A stretch of DNA of 64,000 nt from Camelus ferus (lineage: Eukaryota), in NCBI RefSeq assembly GCF_009834535.1, contig NC_045698.1:6202001-6266000 (forward strand), in the 5' to 3' direction. Both the position numbers and the translations under genes were made by a program. Of the stretch, positions 12,838 through 26,353 are shown piece by piece. A model generated the notes under the pieces. The model was given only the letters and a program-made list of their open reading frames with translations. It made no database searches and had not been told where the DNA came from. Numbering within the stretch: position 1 is the first letter of the stretch; each line of letters starts with the position of its first letter.

Positions 12838-13317
12838 CACTAGGATGTGAAGGGGGAAGACTGGACCCAGAGGGAGGGAAGGAGGTAGGTGGAGGCAGGA
12901 CATATTCAGAAGGTAGAATGGCCAGGTGGGTTTGCTCCAGTGATAACAGCCAGGCTGCACTGTCATCTCACTGTGTGGGGAAGGCAATAGTATGAGCAGG
13001 AGGAAATAGCATGAATCCTTTTAAAAAGAAACCATTCCTTGACTAATGGCTTTTAAAAATTATTTGCAAATATGATTTGAAATGTTTGTGTAACTCTATT
13101 TTTCTCATGAAAAAAATAGCAATATTCTAGTAATTTCTCAAAAAACAATAAAAGCAAAGTAGTGGATGATGCTGAGTGATACTTGGCAATTATTCTACTC
13201 AATATTTTTGTTTCATTTATCCAAAAATTGAATTCTTATCATCGTAATTCTATTTTAATAATTTTTATCAGTATCAGTTTTTGTGACTAGGTTTCAGCAG
13301 CACTATCATCCATGTTC

Positions 13318-13447
13318 GGCGGGGGAGGGTATGGCTCAGGGACAGAGTGTGTGCTTAGCATGCACGAGGTTCTGGCTTCAATCCCCAGTATCTCTATTAA
13401 AATAAATAAATAAATAAACCCAATGACCTCCCCCCTCCAAAAAAAAA
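13318..13447 (+). mobile_element. tRNA-derived SINE (Vic-1-like)
   Basis: 'gggggagggtatggctcag...gtgcttagcatgcacgaggttctggcttcaatccccagta' with (TAAA)n and A tail. TSD atcatccatgttc (13305-13317) / atcacacatgttc (13448-13460). Confidence 0.9.
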
Positions 13448-14799
13448 ATCACACATGTTCATTTGCCACCTCTTCCCTAAAGTTTCACTGTAGATATTTT
13501 TATAGAGGCATTTATATGTTTGTTCTTTCAATATATGAAGTATTTAATAATTACTCACACTTCTATTTGTATTTTTATCCTATTTTTAAAATTCGCTTTT
13601 CTAGGAAGGGCATTGCAAGGAATGGCAGGTTTTCATTATCATTTTAAAAATAGGTGTGCATAAGGTGACATTTCTATGTAATTTTGATACTGGAATAATA
13701 GCATTGTGACCCGTTTGCCTAGGGAAGGAGTGAGGAAAGGGAATTTTTCACTATGGATATGCAAATCTTATACATAAATCATACAGAATTTTACAATAAG
13801 CTAGCCAGCTAGCAGCCTCTGAGATAAATGTCTTCAGGCCTGAGTCATCCCCACGTTTGAGCTTGTTGTCTCCTCTGCATTATTAACAAGAACTCAGTCG
13901 CCCCTCCTCCAGCCTCGCGCTCGCGGTTCTCCCTTTTGCGGAGCCGGGCAGGGCGGAAGGGTGCACGTTCTCTCGCCCGAGGTACTTAAGCTGTCTGTAA
14001 TTCTTCATCTTCTCCGCGATCTTCTCACAGCAAATGTTTCCAGATACTCCTTCCTTTTCAACGTATCCAGTGATTGATTCTTCCTGTAATGCATCTTTCA
14101 TTCACCCAGGCACTCGTAAAAATAACATACAGTTTGCCCTACAGCATCAATAATAGAGCTACCATTGCTATTTGCTCTGACTGCCGATCAGCCGACTCGT
14201 AAGAAACACACTGATAGGAGCAGCAGCACAGAGTTTTGTATCAGCTGCATATGTCTTAAGATTTTGAAGTGTGACCAGAGCAGCAAATAATTAAGAATCA
14301 GTCGACTCCGTGGAGATTAGTGGAGATTTAGCAGGAGTTTCAGGAAGCGCCCTCAGGTGCAGGGAAGAATTTCCAAGAGTCAGTCCATGACTTTGTTGCT
14401 ACATTTACCCTCCTGGAGGGGCAATCATGGGGAAGAGAGAACTGGAGAATAAATTATCTTGGCTACTCTTAGATGTTTTCAGGTTGATCAGAACCAGCAA
14501 ACCTTACCCACCTACTTAGGAGTAATGATGCTAAATGTATTTATCTTCCCTCTGAGTCCTTAAAATTCATATGACTTCAAATACTGGGAGTAAAATTAGG
14601 GCGGGTTAAGTTGCCCTGATTCAGTAGACAATATTACCTTATCCAGGAAATAAATCTACTTCTGTTTCTTCTCATAGTTCTGACCACTCCAGTGAACAAC
14701 ATTATTATAAGGAGACACTGTGTGTAGTTTGTCTTCTACTAAAGAGAAAAATCTATTAAAAATACAAATTAAAGCTATAAACATTCTTTACATCATTCT

Positions 14800-14990
14800 A
14801 GAAAATCGTCTCTCATTTCTATGTTATCCACTTGGCAATGCTGGGAGGAAGGTAGAATGGTTACTGGCTGTATTTCACAGATGAAAACGATCAGACAGGG
14901 ACATTGTGTAATTTCCTAAAGGACTGGAAGCTTGGAAGTGGGAGAAGTAGATTCAAGCCAAGATGTCCAGGCTTTTCCCCCCAATAACCT
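14800..14990 (-). mobile_element. MIR fragment
   Basis: 'tatttcacagatgaaaac...gtaatttcctaaagg...gattcaagccaagatgtc'. Confidence 0.5.
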
Positions 14991-15251
14991 GAACCTCCTC
15001 ACTGCTCCTCGTTGTCCACTGGCTCACAGTGCACTGGGACAGGGGATTCATGTAAATTCTATTGGTTTAGAGATAAAGGTACATGACAGTCACAAACTTA
15101 TTTAAATAATATTAGTACCTATTTTCATTATGTTACTTTGTGTTGACTAGGTTTCCAAACAAGTTATCCGTGGATTTGCTCTCTTCTGATAATTGTAGAC
15201 TAGTTTGCTACAATCCAACCCTCCCACCAAAAACAACTAGAAATTCCCTAG

Positions 15252-15458
15252 CAGTGCTTCTCAACCAGGGATGGCTTTGCCTCCCAGAAGATACAAGGTT
15301 CCATGGACATCTGTGGTGGTCTCAAGTGGGGGGGAGGGGGGTTACTGCTGGTGTGAACTGGGCAGCAGCCAGGGATACTGTTAAACATTATACACTGCAA
15401 ATAGCCCCCAACAACAAAGAAGTTTTCAGCCCAAAATGTCAATAGGTTGAGAAGCTTG
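15252..15458 (+). mobile_element. MER20 (hAT-Charlie non-autonomous element)
   Basis: TIR-like ends cagtgcttctcaacc ... ggttgagaagcttg; internal 'gccagggatactgttaaacat', 'gcccaaaatgtcaatag'. Confidence 0.85.
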
Positions 15459-15499
15459 CGCTACAGTATCCACTAAAGATTGATTAGAGGGAAAAAAAA

Positions 15500-16040
15500 A
15501 CCTGAAGATATACGTGTCCTGTCACCTGACAAGTTTACACCTAGATGTACATACAACCGATATTTTTACATCAGTGCGTGAAGAGACATATACAATAATG
15601 TTATAGCAGCACCGTTTGTAATAGATAAAGGAAATCTGCAAACAACTCAAGTGGTTATCAACAGCAGAATATCTAAAGTGTGATTCATTCATTCATGCAG
15701 TGGAAAACCATACAGTGATGAGAATAAACACAGGCAATAGGAAGGAATCTCATAAACACATGAAGCAAATCACAATAGAATAGAGACTTCATGATTTTGC
15801 TTATAAAATTTGTGAAGATGATTAAAGCCTAGCTATGATATGTGAAGGAAAGATGGCATTTTCTAACTCAGGGAAAAGAGTTAGTGACAGGGAAGGGCAG
15901 AGGGGAGCCTCTGGTGTGCTGGAAATGCTCTGTTTCTTGATCTGGGTGTTTACATGGGTGGGTTCACTTTGTGATAATTCATTAAGTTGAACATCTGTGA
16001 TTTCTGCCCTTCCTGTACATATGGTATACTCCAAGAAAGA
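15500..16040 (+). mobile_element. Old L1 (L1ME/L1MC-like) 3' end
   Basis: 'aatgttatagcagcaccgtttgtaatag...aaacaactcaagtg', 'ttcactttgtgataattcattaagttg'. Confidence 0.75.
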
Positions 16041-19000
16041 AAGAATAAGAGAAAGAAAAAAAGGAAGGAAGGAAAGAAGGAAAGATTTCTTTAAAACCAG
16101 CAAGTAATTATAACCTGTGGCTCCCAATTCCCAGAGTAATTTACAATGCCCTTTTCCAAAAGGCAACAGTGCTTTGTGCTGGGCTGGAAACCCAACTGAA
16201 ACAAAATACCTGCTTTTGCTAACTCCTGCTGGCAGGTTTGCCTGTGCTTTCCCAATGTTGATATGTTGCTTTTTTACTGAGGTGCTGGAGGGAAGAAGCA
16301 AGAGGATGAACAGGAAGCGCGTGGACCACATGGGACTGTATGAGAGTGAGCCTTACAGAGGGAACCGCCCGCCTGACTGGCCTGGTGCTGTGTTTATAAA
16401 GCCGTTAAGTCAGAATCCATCTGCTAAGTTAAGTAAAATGCCTCAAATTACATTTATGAATCAGAAGAGTATTACTTACATTTATAACAATATCAGCATT
16501 CTTTGCTTATAAATTTACTTCCCCTGGAACATTATCCAAAACGTAAGACTCAGTTGAAATGAGTTTACAGCTCATTAGCAGCTGTATTAAAATATCAGAA
16601 ATCGACCATCAGGATTTCTCTAGTAAAATATAAAATGGAGAATACACACAGGTTCCAGTATTTCTCACTAGAATATTATGAGTAATACTTTTGTAAAGTT
16701 AGCTTTTCCTTATTCTTTGAACATTCTTCTCTCTGCCAATTTTTTTTTAATATAGAATGATGTGGAATAAAAAGGACTGAAAAGTTTTTCCTCCAAATCA
16801 TTAGTAGGGACTGAACAATTATCATCGTGCATATGTTCTTTTGTTCCTTTTTATTTATTTTTTTTGTTGTTGTTGTTGTTGTTCTCTTATCTATTTGCCT
16901 TATGAAACCCCTGGGCTATATGAGTTAGGATAGAAATGAAACCACCAGATTCTTACAAAAATAGTAAGTGGGAAAAGGTTTAACCAGGAGACACAGAAGC
17001 TACATCATATTCAGAGGGGAGTTTCTTTCTATCTTCATTCAAAATCATCACTAAGACTCTGTGAACTTAAATAAAGGGTTTATTTCATAGTGAAGATAGC
17101 AAATATGCAGGAGAAGTTATCTTTAGATTAAAATAAACATCCCAGAATGGAATGAAAATGTATTCCCTTCCATTTGAGTCTCTAAACTATAACCAATTGA
17201 CTTTTCTATTCTCTGTGAATTATTTTAAATATTTTCTCTTCTCCTAAAACTCCACTTACACAGAAGCTCTTCTTTATAGCATCTCTGGGAATTTAACCAT
17301 TACCTGATCTGTATCAGATTTTCGCCACAAATTCCACACAGACTTGCTTTCATCTGTATTCATCGTTTCTCTCTTCCCTCCTGTCATTGGGAGCAGGTGC
17401 TCCTGAATTAAGCCAAGCTCTTCTCCGGACACCCTGTGGACTTGTCCACACAGCCACTTCCTCAGTTCTCAGCAGCCCTGGTCTAGCAGTTGTCTTCTTT
17501 ATGCTCTGTAATCAACCTCACCTTTTTTAATCTCCTCATCCACATTTTAAATCCTCAAGAACCTCCTATCCTAAAGAAATGCCTCTCATTTCCCACCAAA
17601 AACTTCCTGAAAATTTGCTACGTGTTCTCTCCACCTCTTCGTAACTACTTGCCGACTCAGTCATAACTCTCATTTCTCCCAACACACTGTTCAAACTCCT
17701 GTACGTGAGGTCCTAGTGGCTCCATGTAGCTGTGCCCAGGGCAAGTTGCCTCTCTCCTCCCTCCCTAAACTGGATTTTTCTTTCCCAGTCGCACCACGTT
17801 CTACCCAGTTGTTGGAGCCAGAAGCCTAGCAAGGAGCGCCACTGAGATGGGAGTAAACACCACCTTCCTGATCCGCCACCTACTCTTTGTGGGATTCTGC
17901 TGTGTTTCACAGAAGAGGTACATCCCAAAAGTATTTTTAAAGCTTTTTGAATATTTTGGCAAGTATCCTTGAACATGTTGTGACAGTTTATAATTCTACT
18001 AGCAATGAAAAAAAGGGCTGGGTTTGACAGCATTGGGATATTTACATTCTTGTTTTGTTTTGGCCAACATGGCGAGTGAGAAGTGGTGTTTTATATTTTT
18101 GAATCCCAGTAAGGCTGGAATCTTTCTACACATAGCTATTGGCCCTTTGTTTATATGGGGGCTTGCATTTTTATCCTTGGTTCATTTCCTTAGTATCATG
18201 TCAACTTCTTGCTGATTCGTAAACACTCTAAAAATTGATATGATTCTTTTGAATAAGTTTTTTTAACCAATAAATATAACCAAATTATACATTATTTTAA
18301 GTCTATATATGTATATAGAATATACTCAAATAAAATTAGTTCAGAGTATGGAAGAAAATCACAAAACTGTCATTAATAAAATATTGGCGTCGTGGTAGAC
18401 CTAGGTTTGGGGCTGGGTAGAGTAATGGGGCCAGTGAATTACATCTTACTCAGACTGAAGAAAAACCTTGAGTGTTTTACTATTTCATTCTAGGACAGAC
18501 ACTATATTGCTTCTCAGTGAAGCTCAGAGTTATCGATTTCAGTCAGTCTTCAAGGCAAGGAGAGTGTAGTCTTACTTTATAGTGAACCATGAGGCGCCCC
18601 CAATCTCTCCCACTTGGGTGGATCTGACACTTTGATGAGTGTCCCTCAGCTCCTCCTGGGCTGGGTCAGGGGTAATATTGGATGGCAGAGGGTAGGGGGC
18701 AGAAATGAGCAGAACGGCTGTCCCGTCCGTTCCCAAAGTCCATGAGGATCAAACAGTTACTGTTTCTTTACAATTATGTAACCTAAGTGCTGAAGAACAA
18801 TGACAGGCAGAAATCCGGGCTAAGCGAGGGACTGTTTTCAGCTCTCATCAGATGGCCGCTCCTGGGCTGCCCTCACCCCGGCTTTCTCCATCCCTTACCT
18901 GGAAGATGCAGCCAACCTTCCCAGCCTCCCTGCCTGCAATGCTCCTTCCCAGCCCGAGTTATACACAGTCATCCGATAAGTCTCCCCAAACCTTGACCTT

Positions 19001-19129
19001 GGCAATGTCAGTCACTCCAGGCTCTAAAGAATAAGAGAATGTTTAGGATACTTAGCTCAATGTCTGGCAGTTACAGTACGAAGAAAGTATTTCATTCCTT
19101 TTCCAAACTTTTAAAGATAATAATAATTC

Positions 19130-19540
19130 TTTTTTTGTTTCATTCACTAGTTTGTTGTATTTTTTAGATTCCACATATAGGTGGTATCATACAGTATTTG
19201 TCTTTCTCTGACTTATTTCTCTTATAATGCTCTTCTGAGTCCATCCATGTTGCTGAAAATGGCAATTCATGGTTTTTTATGGCCAAGTAGTGTTCCATTG
19301 AGTATATATATACGCTAATCTTCTTTATCTACTTATCTGTTGATGGACACTTAAGTTGCTTCCAGACTCACAGACGTAGAGAACAAACTAGTGGTGGCCA
19401 ATTGGGAGGGGGAGGGGGAGGAGAAATACACAGGTAGGGAAAAATATTATTATGGGATTATATGAAATCATGTTTGTGAAACTTTTGAATATAGCAAAGC
19501 ACTATAGAATTTAAAGAATCTTTCTTGCAATATAAAATGT
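19130..19540 (+). mobile_element. L1 3' end with 5' inversion
   Basis: 19130-19364 is antisense L1 and 19365-19540 is the sense 3'UTR. 16-bp TSD aagataataataattc (19114-19129) / aagatagtaataattc (19541-19556). Confidence 0.88.
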
Positions 19541-21639
19541 AAGATAGTAATAATTCAAGAAATCCACTCTTTACAGATACAGCATAAACATCCCAGCACC
19601 AACTGACAGCCCTCCATCCCCAGATGTATACACACAAGACCCTCTGTGCCCCTCCTCATCCTCCCATAAAGGACCTGAGAACCCAGCTCAGCCGCGCTGC
19701 CTTCTGTATTTCCTTGGGGTCCTGGCTTTTCACTGGGACCCCCCTTCTGACTCAGGCTGGAAAAACCCTGTCTGCCTGTTGTCCAATGTCCTGGAGGCAG
19801 TTTTTCCTCCAGCCCAAACACCTCCGAAAACCTTGATCTCCCAGAGCAGGTGTGATGAACGGCACAGCATCCCAGAGCCTCAGAAAGTTCTGCGTCCTGG
19901 CAATCCTGACCCCTGGGTCAGAATTTTAACAACATCAGGAGGCCACTCAGTTCTCCGTAAAGTCTGAAAGCTCTGGTATGACCTCCACGTGTTACCACCC
20001 GCAACATGCACTGTGTGTTGTGTTAGTTGCCAAAAGGCAGCCCTCGGGCTCTCCTCCCTTTGTCCCTGGGCTCTCCAGGCATTGGCAGTGATCATAAATC
20101 CGCTGGGCCCAAACCCCCAGCCCTCAGCCTTCTGGCTGACAGGTCTCAGGCCCACCTCCCTGTCTCACCTGGAGCCGCTGCTAAGGCAGGGCTGGACCCG
20201 CCTGCTGGTAGCTGGATTCTGTCCCCTCCCACCTGGAGCTCAAGGTTCTGCCTTACTGCAGAGTCTGTGGCTCGGTCTCTACTCAGCCACACCTGGCCCT
20301 GGCTTGACAGCCCCAGGGCTCACCACTCTCCAGATGCCAAGTAAATGCTCACTTCATCTGGGTCTCCCCCTGGGGGAGGGGTCCCACCCACAGAGTTTCT
20401 CAGACTCCTGGAGAGAATGGGGTTTCCTGGGACCATCTCATTTCACTGGGCACTGTCTGTGTTGGCGGGAGGGATGCATCCTGGAGAATCAGAAACTCCA
20501 GAGCACCTTCTCTCTGAGACTCCTTCCTGTTCCAGACAATGCAAATAGGAAACCCAGTAGGAGCAACTGGAAAATCTAAGCTTATATTTGGGATTATGAT
20601 CTGCTCAAGATAGCTGGTTTTCGTGAGGCAAACACCACCTGTAATTTGTTGGGATCTGCAATATTTGTTCCAAATCCCTCAAATACTGATTGGGTTTGTA
20701 ATTCCAAGGGGAAAAAAAGGAGAGAAACAAAATCCCCCACTTTGCTGCTCTATATTCTAACCCCTCAACCCTCATACATGATTCTTATATTTTAAAAAAA
20801 AAAGGAGGCAAGTTTGAATGAAAAGGAAAGGCCAAATGGCAAGTGATCATTCACATCTGATGCATGTTGTTTCGGTAAATGGCACTACATTGCTTAATGG
20901 TAACCGGTAAAAATTGCTTAAATCATTCGAATACAGAAGGCACTCTGATTAGTTCCTATGTGATTGCAGCTCACAGAACACTGATAAAAGATCTGGTTGA
21001 TGAGTTAAGCTATTAAACATTTATAACAGTTTAGATTCATATAGATCAATTGATATCGACTTTCTCATGAAGTCTGATTATCTAGATCAAATTGAGGAAG
21101 AAATTTTGTAATGATGTCAAAGACGATCATTGCCAAAATGGGTAATTCAGGTAAAGATGGCCTCATTTCGTGCCTTAATTATCAGTGTTCACTGGCCCTT
21201 GCAATTTTCCATTAGGATGACAAAATAGAAAATCGTTCAATCTAGCCACTTGGCAATAAAAATAACTGCTAAGAACGCTAGTTCAGCCAGATGTTGCCGT
21301 GGCATTTCTTCTTTGATTTTGAAGCAAAGTTTACTAATTTCTTCCAACATCTCTTTCCTTTTTACCAAGCTTGTAATCATAATAACCAGTAAAACATGTC
21401 GAGACTATTGTATTGATTTAAAATAAGATGAGTATCTGTCTGAATGGGTGTGTGTGTGTGTGGAATATGAAACGTTAAATGCAACTGGGGTGAGTTCAAG
21501 GTAAAACAAGTAAACAGTGAACCCATATAGTTATCTAGCTCTGTGTTTCTTCCCATGTTATCTTTTGAGAGATGCCTGTGGTCACATTTGGTTGCTGACT
21601 TTCTTGGCGATTAAGATGTCTGGAATTCCTTTTCCCCAG

Positions 21640-22170
21640 ATCATTTTGTAACTTGTATCAGAGTTTCCTTCAACTACAAGTAATACAAAATTGAATAAAG
21701 AGACCTAACTAACTTCATGTTTCTCCGCAGGCACCAGAGGGGTAGAGGGATACATGCTGGATGGGAAGAGCATCTCCAGACTGAACCTCAGAATCAGGTT
21801 CCTCCTATCTTCCTGTTCTGCCATCCTTAACATCTGACTTGCATTCTCATGTTCACATAATGGTTGCGGTGCCTCTATGCATCACATTTGTATTCCAGGC
21901 AGCAAAAAGGAAAGAGCAATAGGGCAAAAAGAGTGTGCCAGCTGAGTCTGACGCTTTTTATCAAAAAAAGTAACTTCTCCAGAAGCCCCATACCCAAATT
22001 TGGATTATTTCTTATTAGACGAACTATATTACATTGTCACCTTTAGCTAGAAAGGAGCCTGGAAAATTGGTATTTTTAACCAGACACATGGCTGCCCAAA
22101 CAACATAGTTTCCTTAGAAATGGAAGAAGAGGGGTAATAAATGTGAGTAGACTGATTACAGTGTCTTCTA
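21640..22170 (-). mobile_element. MaLR LTR (MLT1J/K-like)
   Basis: 'ggttcctcctatcttcctgttctgccatcctta', 'gcatcacatttgtattccaggcag', 'ctttagctagaaaggagcctggaaa'. Confidence 0.7.
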
Positions 22171-22873
22171 TATTTCATGTTGTTATACATTTTAGATGTA
22201 ATAATTAACACTGGATATGAGTTAGGAATATGTAAAACTCATAATATTTGTGGTCTGAGACGAGGGAGCTGTGGTTCAGAAGGGAACACCTGCATTCTCT
22301 CCCACCACGACTACGACAATGGTGCCCTGAGAGGAGCACTCCCCTCCCCGCTGAGCTCACTGCGAAGCCCTCTCCCTCATTCCCATCCCTCTGCAACACT
22401 GAGCTCTGCTTCCTCAGTACATCCTTCCCCACAGTCACTTTGAAATACAGCCAATATACTCTCTCTTTAAAATATCCATTTTAAAATCGTTATAATTACT
22501 GGAACTCACTGGCCTTATTTCATGATGACAAGATTTATATGATGTATATAGTCCATATTCCACATGCACATGGCCAGACTTATTCTTTGGAAAATAATTT
22601 AGTAGCAAAAACTGAGGACAAGTAAATTTATGCACCTAGAATAGATACAGAGTTCTTTTATTCCTTGACTAATTTTCCAAAATTATTGTCCTTCTGCTAC
22701 AGATTTTTAAATCTGACTAAATAAAGGAAAGCTTAAATTCCTCTTAATCGTCTTAGAGCTACCCCTATGTCCCATAACTTCTCTTTCTGAGCAGGACTTT
22801 ATCTCCCCTGACCAGACTTCCCTCTGCCGGCACTTAGCATCTCCCAAATCCATAAGTAGCTAATTTACAGGCT

Positions 22874-22875
<2 letters not shown>

Positions 22876-22911
<36 letters not shown>
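22876..22911. repeat. Poly-T (36 nt)
   Basis: Read directly from the sequence. Confidence 0.95.
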
Positions 22912-24029
22912 CCCACTCCTACCTAGTTCTGTGCCAGATTGTTAAGAACCATTAAATAAATTACTGGTGAAAATACCAACCTTACTTCAACACTCTTAGA
23001 ACCAAAAGCACATTTGTTGATCTGTTTTGTTTTGTTTTCTCCTGTTTTCCTCTGGGCTTCAAGAAGAAGAGGGTTGTGTATCAGATTCAGTGATAACCAG
23101 ACTGGGCTTAGACTTTCCCACAGGGGGAATTCATGTGGGTTGTTAGGGGTCACAGAGATTGCGTTTGAGTTGAAATATCGCTTTGATGTAGATGAAAGCA
23201 ATCACATTCAGAACAGACGGAGCCACACTCAGAGCATCGCCTGAAACGCGTGTGCTGGATTTCATCTGCACTGGACACTTGAGGAATCCCAGTGAGCCCT
23301 TGTGAATTTTCAGTTGCGGGTCTGCCAACAACTGTGGCCGTAAAGACACGGTTCTGGAGTCTCCAGCAATTATCTTTGGAGAAGAAAGCGGAACCCATGA
23401 GATTCCTAAGGCATAGAAAAAGATACTCTATTTTTTACATAAAAAATGGCCAAAAGGCAAACCTTCAAAATATCTAGACATAGATAGTTAAACACATAAA
23501 AGGACTGGAATGAACTGCCAGAGAATCTATCTGCACGCACTTTCATAATCATAAAGGATTCAGTCCAGAAATCCACGGAGATTTGTGAGGAATTTATTCG
23601 AGAAGCCCAGGCCAGCTTACTCCAGCTATTATGACAAGACTGAAAGATCGGGGGAGGCGGCAGATAGGACCAGTCTGCTGCCGAAGCCATTAGTCCCTCC
23701 TGTGGCTTGCTCTCAGACAGCAACTTAGAAAGTTCAGTCCTTAAGCTCTTAGAAGAGAAATGCAAATCCTCTGTAAGGTTATCCAGCACGGCTAGCCAGA
23801 AAGCTGGGGATGCAACCAGACAGAATTGTCACCACTATTTGCTAAGAAAATCAACACCGGGCAAACTAAAATAAACTTAAGAAGAGGCTCTCAATATGAC
23901 TGTAATAAAAATTAAGCAACATAGAAAACATAAATTGTACAGTATTAATATAACCCTGTTAGAACTTTGCCTTCTGGGGCCTTAATTACTTAGTCATCTT
24001 CACTCATCTTGTATTTTATTCAATAATCC

Positions 24030-24265
24030 AACAATATTGTTAATTTTTATTATTATCGATAATTGAAGGAACACTATTATGTACATGCAGTTTCACATGT
24101 AACTGAACCCCTGTAATGATGCCGTCACAGTTTCTGGTTTTACAGTGGAAGGATCAGTTCACGTAAAGTGCCCAAAACGCACACGTGAGTGGTGGGGGCA
24201 GTGATCCGAGTCAGGTGGTCTGACCTCAGAGCCAAGCTCTGCACATCTATGCAACCCTGCCTCCC
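24030..24265 (-). mobile_element. MIR
   Basis: 'ggttttacagtggaagg...gtgcccaaaacgcacacacgtgagtggtggg...caggtggtctgacctcagagcc'. Confidence 0.6.
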
Positions 24266-24492
24266 AAATTCCCACTTATTAGCAGGGATTTAAACATTGA
24301 GAGGGATCTTGAAACCAAGGTCACTAATTCCACCCCTGCTGGGGGCTTGACCTGTGTAGTTATAGAAAATCCTTTGTCTGAGAGCACCTTTGTCTCAAGA
24401 TGTTTCAATCAACTTTTGTAGCAGGTGCTTAAGCTAAATGCCCACAAGGCCAGGCAGGTAACCTGAATGTGTGATTTCTCTGAATATAAGAA

Positions 24493-25340
24493 GATACATT
24501 TGCAAATATCTTCTCCCATTGGGTAGGCTGTCTTTTGTTTTGTTGACAGTTTCCTTTGTTGTGCAGAAGTTTTCAGTTTCATGTAATCCCATTTGTTGAT
24601 GGTTTTTGCCTTTGTCTCCCTTGCCGGAGGAGACATATCTAGAAAGATAATGCTAAGACTAATGTCAAAGAACAAGCTGGCTACATTATCTTCTAAGCAT
24701 TTTATGGTTTCTGGTCTTACGTTCAAGTCTTTAGTCCATTTGAGTCAGTTTGTGTGTATCTTGTGAGACAGTGGTCTAGTTTCATTTTTTTTTGCGTGTG
24801 GGTGTCCAGCTTTTCCAAAACCATTTATTGAAAAGGCTATTATTTCTCCAAAGAATGTTCTTGTTCTTTTGTCACAAGTTAATTGTCCAGATATATGAGC
24901 AGTTTATTTCTGGGATAAAGAAGATGCGGCACATTTATGCAACGGAATACTACTCATTCATACACAAAGATGAAATGCCATTTGCAACAACGTGGTTGGA
25001 ACTTGAGGGCGTTGTGCTAAGTGAAATAAGTCAGAGGGAGAGAGACAAGTACCATATGATTTCACTCATTCGTGGAATATAAAAAACTAATAAACAAAGA
25101 AAAAAAGCGAAGTAAATGAACAAACCAAACAAAAACAAACATACAGATACAGAAAACACAGTGGTGGTTACTAGAGGGGGACAGGTCGGGGGGAATGAAA
25201 TGGTTAAAGGGGATCAACTGTCTGGTGACAGAAAATAAAATTTTGGTGGTGAGCACATTGTAAGGTTTACAAAATTAGAAATATAATATTGAACACATGA
25301 AACATATAATGTTATATATCAATGCTACCATAAATTAATA
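24493..25340 (+). mobile_element. L1 with an inverted ORF2 segment (24493-24912, antisense) joined to a sense 3' end (24913-25340)
   Basis: ORF 24409..24726(-) NVRPETIKCLEDN...KTINKWDYMKLK is L1 ORF2. The + strand MPFATTWLELEGVVLSEISQ matches the L1 3' region. Confidence 0.85.
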
Positions 25341-25404
25341 CATACAAACATACATACACACATACATACATACATACACAGGAATGAAGAGGCCTTGTAT
25401 CTAA

Positions 25405-25408
<4 letters not shown>

Positions 25409-25460
<52 letters not shown>
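25409..25460. repeat. (AC)26 microsatellite
   Basis: Read directly from the sequence. Confidence 0.97.
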
Positions 25461-25462
<2 letters not shown>

Positions 25463-26353
25463 ACTACCTCAGGCATTCAAACTCGCTTTTTTAACACACT
25501 GTGCTGACCAAAGGAAAGCCCTCCACAATCCAGATTGCACTTGTGAGCAAAGATTTGTGACCCTCTTTCTGACGTCAGCAAGAAAACCAAGTGTGAAAAG
25601 TGCTCATTTAAAACTTTGCTCAAAGCACAATTAGTGAAGAAGATTCGGACTTTGAGGTAAATTGGTGAATGTTGGGAATAAGTAAGCTGTAAATGGATAT
25701 TCTTTCACAGGATTGAACTATTGGAATGAAGTAATAAAATTGGGCTATTATACTAAGCAGGGTGGAATAAAAATTGGACCATATTCATTTTCAACTTAAA
25801 TGCATTTTTAATGCTATTGCTGTTAAATATGAACAGCAACTTTAACTATTCTTAAGGTCTTTTCTTCTTATCTGATGTGAACAATCTGCAGTTGTTACAA
25901 AGGAAAAACTAGGGAGGTCAAAATGGAATATCCAACTCATGCAAACTATTTGAGCATTTGAATCTATTCTGTAGCATGTTTACTGAGAAAGATAAGGTTC
26001 TGCATTTCCATAATTCATCTTTGCCTAAATTGTAAAATATTCTGGTGACGAGTCAAAAATGACCGAGAATTATACTTACCAGTGCTGGAGAACATTGAGG
26101 TACAATGTGAATGTAAGCTTGCAATTGGAATGTAGCATAATCACCAAGGTACTTCACCACCCATGTTGTAACTACCCATTGGAATTACTGTCTTGAAGGA
26201 TTTCCTTTTAGATTTGGACTTTAGTTCGCCTCTGGTTGTCTAAACCCTACATCAGTAAAACATTATGTTGACTACATGAATTCATATCAATTTTCTACTG
26301 TAAATGGAAAAAGGAGACATAAAAAAGAGGTCGGGTTGTATCAGACGATCTCC

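Noticed and set aside
19989..20579. 196-aa ORF
   Set aside because: No ATG start, no recognisable homology, and it lies in stop-poor GC-rich sequence.
22876..23830. Processed pseudogene ending in the poly-T tract
   Set aside because: No poly(A) signal near the tract, no TSD and no recognisable parent protein.
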